Made by a program: the position numbers and the translations under genes. Positions 55,853 through 64,000 of a stretch of DNA of 64,000 nt are shown piece after piece; within the stretch, counting starts at the first letter, position 1; each line of letters opens with the position of its first letter. The stretch lies in NCBI GenBank assembly GCA_002811645.1, contig PDIP01000030.1, positions 214,383 through 278,382 of the forward strand, in the 5' to 3' direction. Below the pieces are notes generated by a model, which saw nothing but the letters and a program-made list of their open reading frames with translations, searched no databases and was not told the origin of the DNA. This DNA is from Corallochytrium limacisporum Hawaii (lineage: Eukaryota > Protista > Pluriformea).

Positions 55853-57754
55853 ATGGATTTCCTCAGCGTCTTGGTCGGGGGTGCCCCCAATCAGGAAGGC
55901 CTGACCAGCGATATGAGAGTGACCTTCCGAAGTGTCAACTTCTTCATTTATGTTGCTGGTATTATTTTGTTGATTTTGACTATCAATTCGGTACTTATGG
56001 ATTGGTATATGCTTTCGCATAATCTGAGCAGAGAAGGCACGGTACCGAACATGGACGATGCATCAGACTCAGCAAAGGTTGTGTACGCCGCACCACAGTC
56101 CACCTCATTTCAGATAGCACATGCTGGCACCTCATTCAGTAGTCAAATTGTCAAGTCTATTCTTGCATCGGTGATTGGCTTGATTGTGACACGTTTCCTC
56201 CAGCTGAATGTGGCTATTGATGATATATTGTATCTGGGAAGACACGGTGACAGTGCAGGCACCGTCCTGAAAAGGAACTGGGGTCGCTTGCAGGAAAACA
56301 TCAAAAGCATTCCGAGATACGCAATGGAGCACAAGGCACAGACCTTCCTCATCACGGGATCCATCCTAGCCGTGCCGATTACGTTGTATTTGTGGTCTTC
56401 GGACTATGGTCCGATACCGTTTGTTCTGCTCCTACTTGCAGTTGTTGTGTTCATGGTGTACGGACGCGCGTACCGCATGAAGGAGGAGGCTCGGGCTGCT
56501 ATTGAATTGAGCATGCAAGCTCGGGGAAACAAAGATATTGTGGAGGCAGTACGCGACCTACAGTCTGTGGAGGATAGTAAGAAGGATGAAGATGTTTCCG
56601 TGATCGTGGCCGGTATGGTTGGAGCTGGCAAGACAAGCCTCGTAAAGGCATTGCTGGGCTCACAGAAGGGTGATGACATTGACAAGGCCCTGTATGTGGG
56701 TATGATGGACGACGATGATACAGATGATGAGGATGTAGATCGGCAGGCGCCCCCGCGCAAGAAGGAACCTACTCGATTCCAAAGAGGACGGCTCATCTTC
56801 TACGATCTTCCTGGACAAATGCGCGTCGACGGTCCTTCACGAGAGAAGATACCTCGGGCTGATGTGGGTATCATGGTTGTTGCTGGTTCTGCAGACGCCA
56901 ACCAGCGAGAGGCCTTCAGGGCTCTTCGGGCTGCCGTGGGTAAGGCGTACGTTGTCCGCAGCAAGTGTGACCGTGACCTTTTCCGAATGAAGCCCGACGC
57001 TCAGGAAAAATACCTCGAACAGTGGCAGACTACCTTGGACGTGAGCAAGGTACACATGGTTTGTGCCAACGGTTATGACGTGGATACCCGCGATGATGTA
57101 GTGCTGGATATTCGAGGTGTGGACCAGCTGCGCTCTGAGATAGAGGCACATTTGAAGAAGAACCATAAGAGTATCGTCATGGCCCGCAAGGCTTACGATA
57201 AGGATCGTCAGGCGCACGATGTGATTGTTAAAGCATGCAGTACAGCCTTCTCTCTTGCGATCGTGGATGGACATCCAGCTCACCTGGAGAAGGTACTTGC
57301 TGACAATGCATCCAAACTTATGGAGATCTATACGGGTCAGCGGGACACAAAGGGTTTGGAACACAGGCTAGAAGTTGGACCCATTCCGTTCGCTTCATAT
57401 ATTCCAGGAGGTACAGCTATCATGCAGACCCTGATCTGTGCAGTACGTCTGCTTGCCATGCAAAAGGCTTTGAGTGCGCAAGCACGTACGGGACTCGACC
57501 GGAACGCGCTAGAGAGCAATGCACAAAAGTACACAGAGGAGATGAGCGCCAGTGACATCCTGAACTGGGAATTCATAAGCACACTTGCGGAGACCGCCAC
57601 CTACCAGAGCGGAAATGTTATGGGAGGCATCTCTGCTGCTGTGGACCGAGTCATCGAAGCCAATCTGGGTCGTCAGATGTCCAAGATGGGCGTTGCCAAC
57701 AGTATGAATGTGGGTGCCTCAACCAGCAGTGGGCGTATAACCGAGCTCAACTAG
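55853..57754 (+). CDS. Membrane-anchored TRAFAC GTPase with a YcjF/DUF697-like C-terminal region
   Basis: About four N-terminal hydrophobic segments; G1 GMVGAGKTS, G3 DLPG, G4 SKCD. Confidence 0.78.
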   Translation: MDFLSVLVGGAPNQEGLTSDMRVTFRSVNFFIYVAGIILLILTINSVLMDWYMLSHNLSREGTVPNMDDASDSAKVVYAAPQSTSFQIAHAGTSFSSQIVKSILASVIGLIVTRFLQLNVAIDDILYLGRHGDSAGTVLKRNWGRLQENIKSIPRYAMEHKAQTFLITGSILAVPITLYLWSSDYGPIPFVLLLLAVVVFMVYGRAYRMKEEARAAIELSMQARGNKDIVEAVRDLQSVEDSKKDEDVSVIVAGMVGAGKTSLVKALLGSQKGDDIDKALYVGMMDDDDTDDEDVDRQAPPRKKEPTRFQRGRLIFYDLPGQMRVDGPSREKIPRADVGIMVVAGSADANQREAFRALRAAVGKAYVVRSKCDRDLFRMKPDAQEKYLEQWQTTLDVSKVHMVCANGYDVDTRDDVVLDIRGVDQLRSEIEAHLKKNHKSIVMARKAYDKDRQAHDVIVKACSTAFSLAIVDGHPAHLEKVLADNASKLMEIYTGQRDTKGLEHRLEVGPIPFASYIPGGTAIMQTLICAVRLLAMQKALSAQARTGLDRNALESNAQKYTEEMSASDILNWEFISTLAETATYQSGNVMGGISAAVDRVIEANLGRQMSKMGVANSMNVGASTSSGRITELN

Positions 57755-59050
57755 GCAGACAAGCCCGGAAAACCACAATTTTAGATTTGTACATAAGAAT
57801 ATACACTCTTACATCATAGTGAAATGTCATATACTGTAGTTCATGAATTGACCTGACGTGCCGGGCGGTAAAGGACATCCAGTGCTTTGGAATACGCCAC
57901 GTTTGCCGTTGGCGGCCTGACCAGCTTGAACTGCTGCTGCAATGTCTCCTGCCCCCATTCCATACTAGCGCATTTCGTTTGCTGCTGACTCCACGACCGG
58001 CTGTGTGCTCTTGAACGCTGCTCGTGCTCCCTGGATGTCAGACAATGGATTAGTACGTTTGGAATTGCCGAGATCTGCGCTTGTGCTGGTTTCCAGCTGG
58101 TCTCGCTCCTGGGTCATGGTAGGGTCCTCGTTTGGGGAGATGTGGTCTTGAGGCGACAGCTGTGATGCCGACACCAGTGCGGAAACCTATGCTTGGTCAT
58201 TGTGTCTTGCCTGATCCGCCAAAACCTGAACTTCTCGTCCACAAATGATTTTCGTTTCCAGCGGAGGTTGGTCGTCCGTTCCGAATGGAGCGCTGAACGA
58301 CATCTTGTGCCACTATCATTTCTGCGTATCTCCGACATGCTCCGACATGTCATGGCTTCAACGTTCGTTATGTCCCTCTTCTTATAGCAGTCGTGAATGT
58401 CAGCATACCGTGACTGTGAGATATCAAAAGTCTATGGATGCGATGGCTCAGGTGTCCAAAACACCCGCTATCAGGTGTGCGCAGGCAACCCACCCTCCCG
58501 GACAAACTGCGCTAGGTGGCTGGCCGGCGTTGGCAACAGCGAAACTGAACACCCAATACATAAATTCAAAATGATGATCTTGACCCGAGACTAGCTCTTG
58601 AACACGGCTGGAATGGGTGCGTGGCATCCACCGGCATGTAAGCGCTCCATTAACCAAGGCGGTAAAAATAGAAAACATGTACTGCACGTATGTAAAAATC
58701 ATATGAAAATTAAAAGGTTTATGATTCAACACATTGACTGGGCATATGGTCTGCTTCAAGGCCAAAGCCCGAGGAAGCAAGATATCCCGCCATGATGATT
58801 GATTTTGATATTATAACTGCTATGCCATTTTGTAAAATGATGTGATGTTATGAACCCCAGACAAAAAAGCTGTGATCCCAATCGAGTCGCAAAAACTCCT
58901 TGTTGCCTGCTCCAGGAATGTATCCAGAGGTTATGCCTAAATGATTATGCGCTAATTCTGCTTTGAAAACACAGTGAACACCCGAAGCTCGTATATCCCA
59001 TATTGGATACCTTCAATTACTCCGCACTGCCTTGCTACAATGTAATCAAT

Positions 59051-59206
59051 TTAGAGGTTCAGCTTAGTACGGCGCCAGTGGCGGCGCTTGGTGTTGTACC
59101 GGATGGTGTTGTCGGTGCGCATGCGGAACCAGTTGGGGATGGGCCGGTTCTGGCGGGCCTTCTTGCCCAGCGTCCGCTTAGTCTTGAAACTCTTGTGAGA
59201 CGGCAT
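59051..59206 (-). CDS. RPL39: 60S ribosomal protein L39 (eL39), absent from the ORF track
   Basis: Manual translation [51 protein letters not shown] (51 aa); acaATG start. Confidence 0.98.
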   Translation of the reverse strand: MPSHKSFKTKRTLGKKARQNRPIPNWFRMRTDNTIRYNTKRRHWRRTKLNL

Positions 59207-59212
59207 TGTGAT

Positions 59213-59361
59213 CTATGTCAGTAAATTCCCGTTACTAGACTATCCAGCCCTGACCTGTTCTTCTTGTGATCCTGAGTAGCTGAAATAGCTATAAGAAGTA
59301 ATATTAAACCGTCTGCAAAGATGAGAGTATAATTAAGCCTGTGCCAGACCGAAAGGCTTAC
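59213..59361 (-). other. Candidate 5'UTR intron of RPL39 (donor GTAAGC at 59361, or alternative GTCAGG at 59254)
   Basis: Branch point and acceptor TTTACTGACATAG| ends 6 nt before the ATG. Confidence 0.55.
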
Positions 59362-60103
59362 TGCACACTACAGTATCCTAGTCAGTGTCGAAGCTCTCAA
59401 CCGTTACATATGACCTGAGAACACACAGGAGTACTGCGAAGGCATGGCAGTCCGGTCATGGATGCTGCTCAACAAGCTTTGGGCCATTGGGTACCACTGG
59501 GATAGGGTCCTTTGTGAGGCGAGCCAGAACACTACGTCCATAGATTTAGTATTGCTCTAGATTGTCAGTACATTAGCAACCAAATTATCATATCATTTCT
59601 ATTTTGCGTATATTCACTACTGACATCAACCCTTCCAAAGAAGTCCTTAAATTCCCAGATTGGGCCCCTCTCTCCGGAATTGTAAAAAAAACTGTGAGAA
59701 CTTCGAGCACGTGACGTATGCCACAGTGTTGTGTGTGTTTTTAGTTTATGTGTGTTTTCTGGTTTGCTGGTTGGGGTGTGCGGGGAGGGGTGGGGACCGA
59801 GAGGCTGAGCCAATGCAATGGGGCTTGAAGGGAGACGCCATCATTGGGTCCTTTTGCGCGCAATGAGCGGGTCTCACCACTACGCCAGAAGTGTGATATA
59901 ACCAGCTGGGTACCAGCTACTTCAACAAACTGCTCCAACCTGACACTTGTGCTTGTTCCTGAACCTGCTTGGCAAGACTTGCATTAAGGAAGAGTCCGAA
60001 TAGAATAACAAGAGCGGCATACAACTGGACGCGGATGATGATTATGTAGGTACTCCCTCGATCTAGAGTAATAGATCTGTGGCCGGCACCTGGAATTTCC
60101 ACA

Positions 60104-62437
60104 ATGTACGAGCCGTGGCAGGACTACGAGCATGCTGGTTCTGATCAGAACACTGAAAGATTAGCAAACGCCATTCTTAGAAACCGGTTTACAAGATGCT
60201 TGTTGGGTGGTTTCATAGCGTCCTGTTACTTTCAGGACATCACGGAAGCCGGAGCACAGTATGAGATGGCGTTGCATATTTTGGAAGAGAACCTATCGCA
60301 TTGGACTATTGCCAATCTTGCTGAGATTTTCTCAATCAATAATGAACAGAGCTCACACGAGCAGGCCGGAATGATTGACGAGAAGATGTTTTCCCTCATG
60401 GTCGAAGTGTACAAATCAGTCCTAGACTGCCTGGCTATACTATCAGACCCTTCGTCTGCTCCTGGGGTAGGCTGGGGCATGTGTGCTGAAAAACTCGGTG
60501 AGAAAGTAGAGGAATGGGTGAACGTTCAGTACGATACTACTGATCCTGAACTGATCAAGATCTATAGCTGTTTACGCTTCGGGGAGGTCACAATCGATGA
60601 ACACTCTGAATCTAGTGGTCCGGAGAAGGTACCCATTGGTGTAGCTCTGGTGCATAGTCTCTTCGGTCTTATGATGACTGCCAATGATGAAATGCGTTAT
60701 CATGCAACTCGCTTTGTGTGCTGTATTGCTATGCATCGGAGACCCCAAGATAGCGGCAGTGTCGGTGATTTGCGGGGGTTTCTGGACTCTAAGAAGGTTG
60801 ACCGTCTACCGTTGCCTCCTATCCTTCGTCTTCCTTTGAGAGCGGGCTCTCCAAGCAGAGGATCGCAGGTGGGTGGGCCTCAGGACCTATTGAATTCACA
60901 ATTCAGCTTTGTGAATCCGTTCTCGGGGAATGGACTCGCTTCTCTCTGTGGTGCATTGTACAGTGCGGGCTCCGATGTGCCAAACTGGTGCAATGTTCCC
61001 GGTCTCACTGAGCGCTTGGCTGGTGGACCATTGACCGTTCGCAATTTGAAGATCACCGAAGCATTACAGATCGCAGCCGCGGCGAACCATGCCATTTCAT
61101 TGGATGTTACTACGGTACCAAAGATTGCTGCTAGTGTTGCGGGACTGGTGCCAGATGTGTGGGAGTGGATTTTGACTCAGATGCGGGAATCCTACGGAGG
61201 AGATCCTTTGTTTTTCCGATTAAGCACACGGAGCCCTAAGGATTCATTCAGTACACTAAGCGTACCTCAGTCGAAAAACGTGCGCGCGAGAACCTTCAGC
61301 AGCGACTTTAGCAACAGCGAAGATGAAAGAGTACCGGAACATCGGGATGACCTAGTACACATTAATTCCATGTTGGCATGGATGAAAGACACCCACAAAT
61401 CCGCGCGGTTCCACTATCAGCTACCCGAACACAATTCCAATGAAGATCCGACTCTGAAGGTCAACACTTGGTCCGAAGATGGCTTGCAGGGTGCTCGACA
61501 TAGTACGCTCCAGTCTGAGGTAATGAGTCCTCTTGGTGTACTGGTAATGATGTTGATCAGCAAGCGCATGTACCGAGATCTCTCTGAAGCCCTTCTGTGC
61601 GAAGTGGACCTCAGCAGCAATGTTCGTCTAAAACGTCAGAGTGTGGCGGTCCTACCTGCCCGTAAACTGACAGGCAAAGATGTCGTCGAGACCACGCAGG
61701 CGTGGGAGGCTTTGGGCGCCACAAGCGAGGACAAATGGGATGAGTCTGATGGAGAGGACGATGTGGAGGTGAGCAAAACCGAGTCTCGTTCCAGTAAATT
61801 AGAGGTGGCAGAGACCTTGGGTGATGTAAATCCGGACACCGAGTTGGCAATCTGCCTGCGTCGGCATGTTAAGGTGATGCCAGACACCGAAATTCGTGCA
61901 TTCGTTTACAATCGCAAGGTTACAGCTCTCTGTCAAACGCAAGCAAACCACCCAGTATTGTGGCGTACTGTGGGATACTGGGAACGGGCGTTCCACACTA
62001 CACTGGCTGCCTTGTATCTCTCTGGTGGCATTCTTGAAGCTCTACCTTTCGACGACTGCATTCTAGATCTGTGGCTGAACCCAGCTGCCGGCGGCCTCGA
62101 CGAGGCTGTGCAGATCATCGAGGTCAATGCATTCGGTACCGTCCTGTTCAACCGTCTGTATGACTGGGGTAGGGATGCTGACCTCTTATACCGGGGCTTG
62201 ACAGGATGCTTCAACACGCGTAGTTTCACCAATATGATTGTCGGGGAGGATGCTGAGGTCAAAGACCCCATCCTCATGGCAAATGCTTACGAAGCGTACA
62301 CGAACTGGACCAATGGCACCAAGGACACAGCGCCCGACTCCTGCCCGGACATGCCGCAATTCGTGTCTTGTCGAATTGTTGGTGAGAACGGCCATCCGCT
62401 CGAGATCGGCCCTATTGCCAACATTTACCGGTGCTAG
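60104..62437 (+). CDS. Cdc123-like R2K-clade ATP-grasp protein with a long unknown N-terminal region
   Basis: FFRLSTRSPKD, EIRAFVYNRKVTALCQ, CILDLW, IIEVNAFG and LYDW. Confidence 0.8.
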   Translation: MYEPWQDYEHAGSDQNTERLANAILRNRFTRCLLGGFIASCYFQDITEAGAQYEMALHILEENLSHWTIANLAEIFSINNEQSSHEQAGMIDEKMFSLMVEVYKSVLDCLAILSDPSSAPGVGWGMCAEKLGEKVEEWVNVQYDTTDPELIKIYSCLRFGEVTIDEHSESSGPEKVPIGVALVHSLFGLMMTANDEMRYHATRFVCCIAMHRRPQDSGSVGDLRGFLDSKKVDRLPLPPILRLPLRAGSPSRGSQVGGPQDLLNSQFSFVNPFSGNGLASLCGALYSAGSDVPNWCNVPGLTERLAGGPLTVRNLKITEALQIAAAANHAISLDVTTVPKIAASVAGLVPDVWEWILTQMRESYGGDPLFFRLSTRSPKDSFSTLSVPQSKNVRARTFSSDFSNSEDERVPEHRDDLVHINSMLAWMKDTHKSARFHYQLPEHNSNEDPTLKVNTWSEDGLQGARHSTLQSEVMSPLGVLVMMLISKRMYRDLSEALLCEVDLSSNVRLKRQSVAVLPARKLTGKDVVETTQAWEALGATSEDKWDESDGEDDVEVSKTESRSSKLEVAETLGDVNPDTELAICLRRHVKVMPDTEIRAFVYNRKVTALCQTQANHPVLWRTVGYWERAFHTTLAALYLSGGILEALPFDDCILDLWLNPAAGGLDEAVQIIEVNAFGTVLFNRLYDWGRDADLLYRGLTGCFNTRSFTNMIVGEDAEVKDPILMANAYEAYTNWTNGTKDTAPDSCPDMPQFVSCRIVGENGHPLEIGPIANIYRC

Positions 62438-64000
62438 CGTTGGCTTTGTAGAGCATGTCCTCGTCGCCGCCTAGTCTTCGGGGGTCAGCACCGCCACCGG
62501 GGGGACTTCCTGAGGATGAAGTCGAGAGCCAAACGGGTAAGTATCATGAACTGGAAGACCGGGGGTTCTACAATCATTTGAGACAAGCTTTGCGCGGATG
62601 TTACTTTCTATCTTGAGTGTCCGATGACGGCAAAAAACTGATTTAATGAGACTGAGCAACGCAAATAAGTTAGAACCTTACGAAATTACCAGAGCTGAAC
62701 ATTGTCGCTAACAACTCGAAAGTCCTTCCCTTCATGCAGGTACGTCATGTTGTTCGAACACGAATTTCATGTTAACTTCATTGCTTTTGCGGGCCCATTT
62801 CCTAAACACGTGCGACTGTGCAATTAACATCGCATCCAACTTGCATCGTGCAGCCTACGACAGCGGGCATGAACCCCCACTGATGAGAAAGTGTTGGTTA
62901 GGTTTACAGTTAGAGTCCCGTGCCTCTACAGCTACATGAGTCGATCGGATCAATGAGGGGTAAAGGGACCTCCCTACCAAGACGCTTCTCACCCTCGACC
63001 TGTGAAGTTCCATAGCTTTGATGTCGCATCCAGGTGGCAAATCCCTACATACATGCTTGCCGCCGCGGACATGAATCGACTAGTCAATCACCGTCCTAGC
63101 ACATCCTGGCACGCTCCTGAGTCGAATTAAGGAACAGGGCACCTGTAACTGCGATGTCTGAATTTGCAAGCCAAAGGTGGTGTGTGTCTACCCCCTTTAT
63201 GCTTGGCGGCTTCTCATTCCTCTGTAGGGCTTGGTAGTGTGAGTAGGTGTGGCTTTTGAAGTCTTCCCGTGTATTGCGTAAGGCGTTACGTACACCCAGT
63301 CAATTTTCACATGGTAAATAGATTCGAGTTCATTCCTTCGATACCAGACAATGATTGGGATATTCCACAATCCCATCGTAGGATCCATAAGTGCAATGTG
63401 GGCCTAGCGCTTCACATCCGTAACTATACGAGTCCATGGGACTCAGGGCACAGGCTGAAAGGACAGGGACGGAGTAATCTGTGATGATGGGTTCTGTTAC
63501 AAAGCCAATGGGAGGCCAATTGACGCATAACATTCTACGCAGTATGTGTTCAGTATGTCGTAGCCCAGGATGTCCACACTAGCCAAGGGCGAAGTGTCCA
63601 GTTAGCCCCATACACTGCGATGATAAATCTCTCCGCCCGCATCCCATAAGTGCTGAACTGATGGGAATGCAGATCCGGCTGACTTCTGCCAGGCATGACC
63701 TGGTCCGTTCATATCTTACGTCTGTTAACAGGAGTGGGTAAAGTTGATGATGCTCGGGTGATGACGCTTGGCCAGAATTCAACTCTCTGCGCTGTCAGTA
63801 GGACTGTGCCTCCTAGTTCTGATACCCCATCACCACACAGATCTAAGAGGCAAGATGCCGAGATAGAGGGAGAGGGATTTTGTGTGTGCCGGAAGAAACG
63901 AGATAGTGCACCTCGGTGCATGTCCGCCTTGTTGTCCCACACATAGCAAGCCATCTGACCAAACGAGCCAACCGAGGAACCGGCCACGAATTTCGCCAGC

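Noticed and set aside
57827-58303. Genome-wide TAG reassignment
   Set aside because: TAF5, the WOPR protein, the GTPase and the R2K gene end in TAG at plausible positions, and no conserved gene has an internal TAG.
59003-59224. 73 aa plus-strand ORF
   Set aside because: Antisense to RPL39.
59341-59366. GTGC...CC-GAAA-GG...GCAC hairpin as SRP RNA or a hammerhead ribozyme
   Set aside because: Lacks the SRP helix 8 AGCAG strand and the hammerhead CUGANGA core.

Overview
Gene-dense, almost intron-free eukaryotic DNA with about 26 protein-coding genes, two assembly gaps, tightly abutting convergent gene ends and intergenic spacers rich in G/C homopolymers. Core eukaryotic genes (TAF5, SDHB, RPL39, RPP21, PUS10, TRF4/TENT4, p24/TMED, ankyrin-DHHC palmitoyltransferase, Patched/NPC1-like protein, biotin synthase) sit among an unusual mix. 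Fungal-type genes are homoisocitrate dehydrogenase and a minimal WOPR/Gti1-Pac2 factor. There is a plant-type C2-phospholipase D. Bacterial-type genes are a sucrose-phosphate synthase/phosphatase HAD domain, a family I.5/I.6-like lipase, a Cache-sensor hybrid histidine kinase and a membrane-anchored GTPase with a YcjF-like tail. An R2K-type Cdc123-like ATP-grasp protein is also present. This best fits a unicellular non-fungal opisthokont, such as a Corallochytrium-like holozoan; that is an inference. Features missed by the ORF track are an RPL39 gene with a candidate 5'UTR intron and structured leader, an 83-nt intron extending the AAA ATPase, a probable intron or readthrough at the end of the first gene, and a recurring C5-6/G11-12 intergenic element. 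A COQ7-like protein appears to lack its iron ligands, and a hypothetical protein has an otubain-like domain. All family calls come from motif recognition by eye; no searches were run. No tRNA, rRNA or CRISPR array was recognised.
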